Shown here: in pieces, positions 9,428-17,791 of the stretch | How positions within the stretch are numbered: position 1 is the stretch's first letter | Layout: each line of letters begins with the position of its first letter | NCBI GenBank assembly: GCA_964464115.1 | Contig: CAYXEW010000005.1 | Span: 1-51,306 of the forward strand | From: an uncultured Verrucomicrobiota bacterium | GTDB taxonomy: Bacteria > Verrucomicrobiota > Kiritimatiellia > CAYTQP01 > CAYXEW01 | DNA: 51,306 nucleotides | Direction: 5' to 3' | Program-made: the position numbers and the translations under genes | The notes under the pieces: generated by a model | The model's input: only the letters and a program-made list of their open reading frames with translations | The model's database searches: none | What the model was told of the DNA's origin: nothing

Positions 9428-10654
9428 CTAAAACAGAAGGCGAGTTTTTACCGCCACATCGAGCGCATTGATTTCAACTTTAACTTTTCGTGAGACGCTT
9501 TGATCTATATCCATGATCAGGTAGCCGATACTGTCACGGGTTCCGAGGTATTGCGATTCAATATTGGCACCCGTCGCTGAAACCACGGTATTAATCTTCT
9601 GAAGCGCCCCGGGTTCATTGCGGTGAATATTCAACAGCCGATGGGCATTGTGAAGGACGGGCAGTTCGATCTCCGGGAAGTTCACGGCCCCGCCGCTGGC
9701 ACCCGTATCCGAGTATTTAATCAGGGCTGAAGCCACTTCAATGCCAATATTCTCCTGTGCTTCCTGTGTGCTGCCACCAATGTGCGGAGTGAGAATGACG
9801 TTTTCCAGTCCGCGCAATTCTGACTCAAACGGTTCCCGGTTGGACTTCGGTTCCAGCGGATAGACATCGGCGGCGGCACCAGCGAGATGTTCCGATTGCA
9901 GACTTTCTCTGAGTGCCGCAACATCCACCACGGAGCCCCGACTCAAGTTCAGCAGAAAAGAGCCCTGCTTCATCAGGTCGAGCTCTTTCCGCCCGATCAG
10001 GTTGTGCGTCCGGGGCGTTTCGGGGACGTGTAGCGTGACAAAGTCGGAGATGCGAAGCAATTCCTCCATCGCATTCAGCTGGCGCGCATTGCCCAGCGGC
10101 AGTTTCTTCAAAATATCGTAAAACACGACATTCATGCCAAATGACTCCGCCAGCAGGCCGATTTGAGGTCCAATGTGCCCATATCCTATGATACCCACGG
10201 TTTTGTGCCGCACCTCGTAACAGCCGCTGGCCGATTTATTCCAGATGCCGCCGTGAAGTTCCATGCTGCGCTGGACAGCTTTTCTCGAAAGCATGACGAT
10301 GTTGGCCATCGTCAGTTCGGCGACGCTGCGGGTATTGCTGTAGGGCGCATTAAAAACGGCGATACCCTGCCGCGTCGCAGCTTCGAGGTCGACCTGGTTT
10401 GTTCCGATGCAATAGCATCCGACCGCAATGAGGTTCTCAGCCCGTTCCAGTATGCGGGCGGTCAGTTGCGTTTTCGAACGGATCCCCAGTATGTGAAGGC
10501 CTCCGACACGGTCCAGCAGTTCATCTTCACTGAGGGCGTCCGGCTGATTGTCAACCGTGTAGCCAGCCTGTTGAAAACACTCAATCGCAGCGGGGTGCAC
10601 ACCTTCGAGCATTAGTACATTTATTTTGTCTTTAGGAAACGATGTTTTTTGCAT
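9428..10654 (-). CDS. serA: D-3-phosphoglycerate dehydrogenase (E. coli-type, with C-terminal ACT domain)
   Basis: Collinear with E. coli SerA: KINVLMLEGVHPAA.., AVGCYCIGTNQVDLEAA, FNAPYSNTRSVAEL, GIIGYGHIG. Length 408 aa. Confidence 0.95.
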   Translation of the reverse strand: MQKTSFPKDKINVLMLEGVHPAAIECFQQAGYTVDNQPDALSEDELLDRVGGLHILGIRSKTQLTARILERAENLIAVGCYCIGTNQVDLEAATRQGIAVFNAPYSNTRSVAELTMANIVMLSRKAVQRSMELHGGIWNKSASGCYEVRHKTVGIIGYGHIGPQIGLLAESFGMNVVFYDILKKLPLGNARQLNAMEELLRISDFVTLHVPETPRTHNLIGRKELDLMKQGSFLLNLSRGSVVDVAALRESLQSEHLAGAAADVYPLEPKSNREPFESELRGLENVILTPHIGGSTQEAQENIGIEVASALIKYSDTGASGGAVNFPEIELPVLHNAHRLLNIHRNEPGALQKINTVVSATGANIESQYLGTRDSIGYLIMDIDQSVSRKVKVEINALDVAVKTRLLF

Positions 10655-10811
10655 AGCATCACTATCTTCCAGACCTTGGAAAAATGAAAGGTAAAAAATT
10701 CCAGGGATTGGAAAGGGCTTTTGGACGCTCAGGAAATCCTAACAACAGAGTTTTTGCCAAACCATATTTTTAGTGTTAACGTTGCGGCAAACACGCTGGA
10801 GATTATAAATA

Positions 10812-13800
10812 ATGAGAAAAATATGTGCGGTTACACTGTCCTTCATCTTCTTACTGACGTTCATCTGTTCAGCGTCGGCCGGAAAGGTCATTCGCCTGAA
10901 TGCCCAGACCATCGACACCGATAAATCGTTTCCGTCGCACCGCATGCAGCTGAAGGCCTTTGATGGCAGGGCCCTGCATTTGGTGCAGTTTAATGAGTCC
11001 ATTCAGCCGGACTGGGTGAAGGAAATGGAAAAAGCCGGCCTGCAGGTGGTCGTCTACATACCTGATAACGCTTATCTGGTCTACGGTTCGTATGAGGCGC
11101 TCAAAGGTTACCAGCAAAAGGCGGCCGTCAAGTCATACGTCCAATGGAACGGCCGCTATCTGGCCGAAGACAAAATCCAGCCCTCCGCCCGATCTCAGGC
11201 GATGAAGCAGGGACGAAAGACAGCCCTCTTCAATACGGGCGATGAATACATGATTCAACTCGTGGCCGACGCCTCTGCCAATTCAAATACGCTGGCTCTG
11301 ATTGATACGCTGAAGAAGCGGCCGATCCTGCGGCAGAAAAAAGTGCTGCAGTATTACAATATAACGGTTGCGCTTCCGAAAGCAGCGGTGGAGGAGATTG
11401 CGGAGCAGCCCGATGTGGTGTCGGTGGCCGGTTATATTCCGCGCAAACTGTTTGACGAGAGGCAGGGTCAGATCGTGGCCGGGAATTTGGCGGGAACGTC
11501 ACCGTCGGGACCCGGCTATCTTTCATGGCTCCATTCCATGGGTTTTTCACAGTCCCAGTTTAACGCCTCTGGATTTGTGGTAGACGTTTGCGATTCCGGG
11601 GTGGATGACGGGACGACCAGTCCGAATCACTTCGGGCTCTATGTCACCGGTACGCTCAGCGCCGCCAGCCGCATGGTGTATAACCGCGTGGAGGGGTCGC
11701 CCAACAGCGGCAGTACGACATCCGGCTGTGACGGACACGGTAATATCAATGCCCACATCGTGGGCGGCTATAATAATCTTTCAGGCTTTCCGCATACGGA
11801 TGCGGCCGGGTATCGCTACGGTTTGGGGGTGGCACCCTTTGTGCGAATGGGCTCCTCGGTGATATTTGATCCGGACAGTTTCACCTATCCCGACTACAGC
11901 GACATGATTTCACGGGCCTACCGGGACAACGCCCGCATCAGCACCGACAGTTGGGGCGCCGATACCTATGGTGACTATGATGCGGACGCACAGGAATATG
12001 ACGCGTTGGTTCGTGACGCCCAACCCTCCGGGGCGGCGCAATCAGCGGCGGGAAACCAGGAGATGACCATTGTCTTTGCGGCCGGGAATGCAGGGCCCTC
12101 GTCGGGTTCCGTCGGTTCTCCGGGCACAGCCAAGAATGTGATTACGGTGGGGGCTGCGGAAAACGTGCATTCCCATTCAACGGCCAACGGCGGCAATGAT
12201 GCATCGGGAAATGACGGTTGCTTCACGGCCGATGATGAAGCCGACAGTGCGGACGATATAGCCTCGTTTTCCAGTCGCGGTCCCTGCAGTGACGGGCGGA
12301 CCAAACCGGAAATTGTCGCGCCGGGTACCCATATTACAGGGGGGGTGGCGCAGGACTCCCCGGCACCTTCACCCGCCTCAACCGGAAATGACCTGGCCTG
12401 TTTTGACGCGACCGGTGTGTGCGCGCTGCCGGGCGGCGGCACCGCCGGTGATCCCGACAATTTCTTTCCGACCAATCAGGAATTCTATTCGACCTCATCG
12501 GGTACGAGCCATTCTACACCTGCGGTCGCGGGTGGCGTGGCGTTGTTGAGGCAGTATTTTATTAACCAGGGGTGGAATCCGCCGAGTCCCGCGATGGTAA
12601 AAGCGTGGCTGGTCAATGCTGCCCGCTATATGTCGGGTACGTCGGCTAATGATGACCTCTGGTCCAATGATCAGGGCATGGGGGGGATGAACCTGGGCAT
12701 GGCTTTTGACGGGGTGAGTCGCATTCAACGGGACCAGGAGTCAGTGGATAAATTTACCGCCAGCGGGCAGACGAGGACTTTCAGCGGCACCGTGATTGAT
12801 GCAAACAACCCCGTGCGCATTACATTGGCGTGGACGGATGCCCCCGGCTCGACGAGCGGATCCGCCTATAACAACGACTTGAATCTCACGGTATCCATTG
12901 GCGGACAGACCTACAAGGGCAATGTCTTCAGCGGCGCCCACTCGGCCTCCGGCGGCACGGCTGACCCCCGCAATAATCTTGAAAGCGTTTTTCTGCCAAC
13001 GGGCGCGGTCGGGGCAGTGGTTATTCAGGTGGAAGCTTATAACATTACATCTGATGGCGTCCCGAACGAGGCACCGTCGCTGGACCAGGACTTTGCCCTG
13101 GTGGCCTACAACATCAGCGAGACTCCTGCGGCGGTCATTGTTGCAGACAGCGATTCGCTGGTTTCTGAATCGTGCGGCTTGGGCAATGGAGCCATTGATC
13201 CCGACGAAACCGTCACACTGCGCATCGGTCTGAAAAATGTCGGGACGCTGGACACCTCCAATGTAGTGGCCACCCTGCTCGAGCAGGACGGCGTTACCTC
13301 CGCCTCAGGGCCGGAAAGCTACGGGGCACTGACCTCAGGTATGGCGGCGGTAACCGCTGATTTCACTTTTACTGCCACAGGCGCCTGCGGCGGTGAAGTG
13401 ACAGCGACGCTGAGCTTGCAGGATGGAACGAACGACTTGGGAACGGTTTCTTTTGATTATATGCTGGGCGGGCAGACGCTTTCTTCTTCTGCTGTGGTGA
13501 ACACATCATCCATTCTGATTCCAGCCGGGGGCACGACGGAAGGAAAGGCTTCGGTCTATCCGTCAACGATGGCCGTGTCCGGGCTGCAGGGGCTTATCAG
13601 CAAGGTCTCCGTTGGATTGTTCGGTTTGAGCCATACCTATCCGGATGATATGGATTTCCTACTGGTCGGGCCGGGGGGCGAAAACTGTTTAATCCTTTCA
13701 GGGGTCGGCGGGAGCGACAGCATCAGCGGAATTAACCTGGTGATCGATGATGATGCCGGCTCCTACCTGCCCGGATCATCCCTCTCATCCGGCACCTATA

Positions 13801-16001
13801 AGCCCACACAGACCTACGGGAATAACCCGTCGGATACGCTGACTTCGCCGGCCCCGTCGGGACCCTACGGAACTGCACTGGCTGAATTTCAGGATACGCT
13901 CCCCAACGGCACGTGGTCGCTTTACATCTATGATGCCTATGCCGGGGATACCGGGTCGTTGGTCGACGGATGGAAGCTGAATATTGAGACCTTCGAACCC
14001 CTGTGCTGCGGCAGCAATCTGCCGCCCGTCCTGGGCAGCATAGGCGCAAAGTCGGTCGCCGTCAGCAATCTGCTCAGCTTTGAGGTAACGGCATCCGATC
14101 TCAACGACGGGGATGCCATCACACTGCTGGCCAGCAATCTTCCGCCCTGGGCCGCCTTCACTCCTGTCACCAATACGGCCCACGTCACCAATACCTTTAC
14201 CGGCACGCCGGTTAACGAAGGCGTCTACACAACCACCTTCTACGCCGTGGACAAGGATGGGTCGGATCAGGAAACTGTTATTATCACGGTCAATCCGGCG
14301 GGCGGCAGCGGAGGCGACTGCGGTCTCATTATATCGGAAGTTGTTGAGGGCGGTAGTTTTAACAAAGCCGTTGAGCTTTATAATGGCACCTCGGCTGACA
14401 TTGATCTCAGTGCGGGCAGCTACACGCTGGCATTCTATTTTAACGGAAACACCTCTCCCCTCACCACCATCAGTCTGACCGGAAGCATTCCCAGCGGGGA
14501 GACCTATGTGGTTGCCGACGATGGTGCCAATGCCGCCATTCTGGCAGTAGCCGATCAAACTGACAACGGATCCTTTTATAATGGCAACGATGCGCTCGTG
14601 CTGAAAGAGGGCAGTACGGTGGTGGACAGTCTGGGGCAAATTGGCAACGACGTCGATTACAATAAGGATGTCACCCTGATTCGCAAGCCCGACATAACGG
14701 AGGGGGATACCGTCACGGGTGACAGTTTTACGGTATCGGATGAGTGGTTTTCTCTTGCAAAGGACGTGGTGACAAACCTGGGAGAGCATGTCATGAACTG
14801 TTCCGGTGGCGGCGGGGGAGGTGCCCCGTCCATTTCCGTTGAGGGCGGCATCAATCAGTCCGTGACGGTCAGCAACCTGCTGAACTTTGACGTAACGGCC
14901 ACCGAAAGCGACGGCGATACGTTGACGTTGACGGATGTTGCATTGCCGGCCGGTTCCACCTTCAACGCCGTCACCGGGCTTTCCCCGCAAGTGGCGGCCT
15001 TCAACTGGACGCCCGCACAAACCGGTTTCTATCAGGCCGTCTTTTCCGCGACCGATGTCGATGGCGCCGCTACGCAGGTGGTGTTCATCACCGTGACGGA
15101 AGACACCCCGGCCGGTTCCAACCTGTGGATTAATGAGATTCATTATGATAATGCGGGTTCCGATTCAGGAGAAGGTGTGGAAGTGGCCGGACCTGCCGGC
15201 ACGGCCTTGAGCCGCTATTCTATTGTCGCGTACAACGGCTCCACAACCTATGCCTACTCAACCAACGCCTTTTCCGGCACGATCCCTGACGAAGGCTGCG
15301 GCTATGGCGCCGCCTGGGCGGCTATTTTGGGATTGCAGAACGGCGCCCCCGACGGCATAGCCCTGGTGCTGGATGGCTCCACCGTCATTCAGTTCCTCAG
15401 TTATGAGGGCACCTTCACGGCGGGCAACGGTCCGGCCGCGGGCATGACCTCCGTCGATATCGGCGTGAGCGAAGGCTCCGCGACCGCACCCGGCAACACC
15501 CTTCAGTTGCATGGCTCCGGCGACGCCTATACCGACTTCACATGGCAGGAGGCCACCAATGCGGCATCGGCGGGCTCCCTCAACAGCGGGCAGAGCATTG
15601 CGCCCTGCGGAAGCGGCTCGCCGGATTCCGACGGCGACGGCATCGATGACGACTGGGAGCTGGTCTACTATCCGGACCTGACCAATGCAAACGAAAGCAC
15701 AGACAGTGATGGCGACGGCTTTATAGACCTGCATGAATTTCTGGCGGGGACGATTCCAACGAATGCATCCTCCCTCCTGCGTTTGACGGATGTAACTATC
15801 GCTACGCCGGCGGCATCGAATGTAGTGATTGCGTGGACGAGTGAATCCAACAAGAGTTACCGTATTTTCTATTCATCCAATTTAATTGATGGCTTCGCGG
15901 GCTGGATGTCTAATATTTTGGCAACGCCGCCACAGAATATGGTGACCAATGACAACGCCGGCAGTCGCGGCTCCGGGTATTACAGAGTGGAGCTGGAGTA
16001 G
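10812..16001 (+). CDS. Secreted multidomain subtilisin-like (S8) serine protease with P-domain, Ig/cadherin-like domains, two lamin-tail-type domains and TSP3-like calcium-binding repeats
   Basis: Signal peptide MRKICAVTLSFIFLLTFICSASA. Catalytic triad motifs VVDVCDSGVDDG, GHGNINAHIVGG and SGTSHSTPAVAGG. P-domain signature SHTYPDDMDFLLVGPGG. LTD-like modules at about 14318-14760 (LIISEVVEGGSFNKAVELYNGT) and about 15115-15600 (LWINEIHYDNAGSDSGEGVEVAG..LQNGAPDGIALV..FLSYEG). DSDGDGIDDDWE and DSDGDGFIDLHEF at about 15624-15740. Confidence 0.95.
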   Translation: MRKICAVTLSFIFLLTFICSASAGKVIRLNAQTIDTDKSFPSHRMQLKAFDGRALHLVQFNESIQPDWVKEMEKAGLQVVVYIPDNAYLVYGSYEALKGYQQKAAVKSYVQWNGRYLAEDKIQPSARSQAMKQGRKTALFNTGDEYMIQLVADASANSNTLALIDTLKKRPILRQKKVLQYYNITVALPKAAVEEIAEQPDVVSVAGYIPRKLFDERQGQIVAGNLAGTSPSGPGYLSWLHSMGFSQSQFNASGFVVDVCDSGVDDGTTSPNHFGLYVTGTLSAASRMVYNRVEGSPNSGSTTSGCDGHGNINAHIVGGYNNLSGFPHTDAAGYRYGLGVAPFVRMGSSVIFDPDSFTYPDYSDMISRAYRDNARISTDSWGADTYGDYDADAQEYDALVRDAQPSGAAQSAAGNQEMTIVFAAGNAGPSSGSVGSPGTAKNVITVGAAENVHSHSTANGGNDASGNDGCFTADDEADSADDIASFSSRGPCSDGRTKPEIVAPGTHITGGVAQDSPAPSPASTGNDLACFDATGVCALPGGGTAGDPDNFFPTNQEFYSTSSGTSHSTPAVAGGVALLRQYFINQGWNPPSPAMVKAWLVNAARYMSGTSANDDLWSNDQGMGGMNLGMAFDGVSRIQRDQESVDKFTASGQTRTFSGTVIDANNPVRITLAWTDAPGSTSGSAYNNDLNLTVSIGGQTYKGNVFSGAHSASGGTADPRNNLESVFLPTGAVGAVVIQVEAYNITSDGVPNEAPSLDQDFALVAYNISETPAAVIVADSDSLVSESCGLGNGAIDPDETVTLRIGLKNVGTLDTSNVVATLLEQDGVTSASGPESYGALTSGMAAVTADFTFTATGACGGEVTATLSLQDGTNDLGTVSFDYMLGGQTLSSSAVVNTSSILIPAGGTTEGKASVYPSTMAVSGLQGLISKVSVGLFGLSHTYPDDMDFLLVGPGGENCLILSGVGGSDSISGINLVIDDDAGSYLPGSSLSSGTYKPTQTYGNNPSDTLTSPAPSGPYGTALAEFQDTLPNGTWSLYIYDAYAGDTGSLVDGWKLNIETFEPLCCGSNLPPVLGSIGAKSVAVSNLLSFEVTASDLNDGDAITLLASNLPPWAAFTPVTNTAHVTNTFTGTPVNEGVYTTTFYAVDKDGSDQETVIITVNPAGGSGGDCGLIISEVVEGGSFNKAVELYNGTSADIDLSAGSYTLAFYFNGNTSPLTTISLTGSIPSGETYVVADDGANAAILAVADQTDNGSFYNGNDALVLKEGSTVVDSLGQIGNDVDYNKDVTLIRKPDITEGDTVTGDSFTVSDEWFSLAKDVVTNLGEHVMNCSGGGGGGAPSISVEGGINQSVTVSNLLNFDVTATESDGDTLTLTDVALPAGSTFNAVTGLSPQVAAFNWTPAQTGFYQAVFSATDVDGAATQVVFITVTEDTPAGSNLWINEIHYDNAGSDSGEGVEVAGPAGTALSRYSIVAYNGSTTYAYSTNAFSGTIPDEGCGYGAAWAAILGLQNGAPDGIALVLDGSTVIQFLSYEGTFTAGNGPAAGMTSVDIGVSEGSATAPGNTLQLHGSGDAYTDFTWQEATNAASAGSLNSGQSIAPCGSGSPDSDGDGIDDDWELVYYPDLTNANESTDSDGDGFIDLHEFLAGTIPTNASSLLRLTDVTIATPAASNVVIAWTSESNKSYRIFYSSNLIDGFAGWMSNILATPPQNMVTNDNAGSRGSGYYRVELE

Positions 16002-16807
16002 TCTTTTCCAGATGGCTCTACGCCGTAATGATGTAAGCCGTCCACGACCCCAGCGGTATACTTTTGCGGACTGAAGTAGAGGTGAAGCGGAGCCCCTTTT
16101 TGGGTGGATGCCGCTTTCAGCTTTTGTTGAACCCATGCCGGTGTATTGGCGACGATGACAGCCTTATAGCCACTCATAAAAGCGGGGAGATCGTTGCCGG
16201 AGTCGCCGGCGTAGATCATTTTTTCAGGAGCCAGTTCAGTTATCTTCAGCAGATAGTGAAGCGCAAAATCTTTGGCGACCCCGACAGGCAGGATGTCAAT
16301 GAGGCCGATGTCCTTTTTGGAGTCGATACTGAAAATCACATTCCCGTGGATCGTGTGTCTTGCCAATACGGGCTCGATGAGCTGCTTTACGTCATCGCGG
16401 CTCAAACGGGCATCGCAGTAGAAGCTTGCCTTGAAGGGGGCCTGGCATTCTCTTTCCTGTGGTCTTACGTCTTTGCTGTCTTCAAAAGCAGACAAGACAT
16501 CATCCCCCCGGTGACCGCCCATACGTTTTTCCAGCAGGTCCTGGTAGGCTTCATCGTTTTGCCAGGTTCCCTTACTACGTGTATAAACGCTGGTACCCAC
16601 ATCACAAACACAGTAGTCCGGTTCCGGAAGCTGCCATTCCCCCACGCCTTGAAGGGCTAGCTCCAGCCGCCGCCCCGTCACGTAGGCTATAGCCATGTGA
16701 CAACGCCGCTTCAGTTCATGCAGCTGTTCGATGGCTTTTCGATAGGACGCTGCATCATCCAGCGGAATAACCGTTCCATCCATATCACTGGCGAGTAAAT
16801 AATTCAT
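15980..16807 (-). CDS. HAD-IIB family phosphatase, sucrose-6F-phosphate phosphohydrolase-like
   Basis: LLASDMDGTVIP (DxDxT nucleophile motif), ILPVGVAKDFALHYLL and IYAGDSGNDLPAF. It is divergent from the fructokinase/SPS/SuSy operon. Its 3' end overlaps the protease 3' end by 22 nt (convergent). Confidence 0.8.
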   Translation of the reverse strand: MNYLLASDMDGTVIPLDDAASYRKAIEQLHELKRRCHMAIAYVTGRRLELALQGVGEWQLPEPDYCVCDVGTSVYTRSKGTWQNDEAYQDLLEKRMGGHRGDDVLSAFEDSKDVRPQERECQAPFKASFYCDARLSRDDVKQLIEPVLARHTIHGNVIFSIDSKKDIGLIDILPVGVAKDFALHYLLKITELAPEKMIYAGDSGNDLPAFMSGYKAVIVANTPAWVQQKLKAASTQKGAPLHLYFSPQKYTAGVVDGLHHYGVEPSGKDYSSSTL

Positions 16808-16816
16808 GGCGATCCC

Positions 16817-16844
16817 TTGACTACACTAGCTGAAACTCTATTCT
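16817..16844 (+). promoter_or_regulatory. Candidate sigma70-like promoter of the sucrose operon
   Basis: TTGACT (16817-16822), a 16-nt spacer, then TATTCT (16839-16844), about 35 nt upstream of the fructokinase ATG. This is a pattern match only. Confidence 0.2.
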
Positions 16845-16879
16845 TAAATCGTTGCTGAAATTATAGTAAAGCTCATTGT

Positions 16880-17791
16880 ATGCTCGAAAATAAAGAAAAA
16901 AACAGGGTGCTCATCGTTGGGGAAGTACTGTTTGACTGCTTTTCAGACGGGCGCAAAGTGCTTGGTGGCGCTCCTTTTAATGTGGCTTGGCACCTAAAGG
17001 GAATGGGACTCGATCCCTTTTTTGCGAGTCGGGTCGGGGACGATGATCCCGGTCGTGAAATCCTGTTCCAGATGGAAAAGTGGGGTTTGGACCGCACCGG
17101 AATGCAGGAGGATGGTACGCGCCCGACCGGTCGCGTCGACGTCATCGAGCGGGGGAACGGTCATACCTTTGATATCGTTCGGGACTGCGCATACGATTGT
17201 ATGGATGCCGCGGCTGTTCTCAACACGATGCCGCCGCAGCCAGCGCTCCTTTACCACGGGTCACTGGCCTTTCGTTTTGAGCACAATCGGAACGTATTGC
17301 GGCAGCTGCGCGATGCTTGCGATGCTCCGGTATTCTGCGACATCAATCTTAGGGAACCCTGGTGGGAGCCCGAACACACAGCGCAGTTGCTGCGGGCTGC
17401 CTCTTACGTAAAACTGAACGATGAGGAGCTGGATATCCTCTCAGACGATGCGGTGGATACAACGGCCGATCTGGATGCGAAGGCCGCCCGTTTCTGCGAG
17501 CGATATGATCTCCAGTGGCTGATTGTTACCCGCGGAGCCGGTGGGGCGCTGCTCGTTGATCGCGAACATGGAATATGCAGGCATGATTTATCTCCGAATT
17601 CCACACCACCGGTCGATACAGTGGGGGCGGGTGATGCGTTTACGGCTGTTGTCATACGAGGTTTAACAGAAGGTGTTTTCGGTGCGCCGCTGTTGGCGGC
17701 CGCTTCGACACTGGCTTCTCGCATCTGTTCGATCCGGGGGGCGACCACGTTCGATTGGTCGCTTTACAAAGGGGTGTTGAACAATGAGTGA
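16880..17791 (+). CDS. PfkB-family carbohydrate kinase, probable fructokinase
   Basis: VLIVGEVLFDCF..GGAPFNVAWHLKGMG and DTVGAGDAFTAVVIRGL. It overlaps the SPS start by 8 nt. Confidence 0.85.
   Translation: MLENKEKNRVLIVGEVLFDCFSDGRKVLGGAPFNVAWHLKGMGLDPFFASRVGDDDPGREILFQMEKWGLDRTGMQEDGTRPTGRVDVIERGNGHTFDIVRDCAYDCMDAAAVLNTMPPQPALLYHGSLAFRFEHNRNVLRQLRDACDAPVFCDINLREPWWEPEHTAQLLRAASYVKLNDEELDILSDDAVDTTADLDAKAARFCERYDLQWLIVTRGAGGALLVDREHGICRHDLSPNSTPPVDTVGAGDAFTAVVIRGLTEGVFGAPLLAAASTLASRICSIRGATTFDWSLYKGVLNNE

Noticed and set aside
10721-11002. Short ORFs (67 and 87 aa) around the protease start
   Set aside because: They overlap the protease signal-peptide region or its promoter, have AT-rich low-information sequences, and carry no motifs.
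13785-15143. 452-aa ORF on the minus strand inside the protease gene
   Set aside because: It is fully antisense to a CDS with strong domain evidence. Its composition is Gly/Arg/Ile-rich with no motifs. Long stop-free antisense frames of this kind are typical of GC-rich coding DNA.
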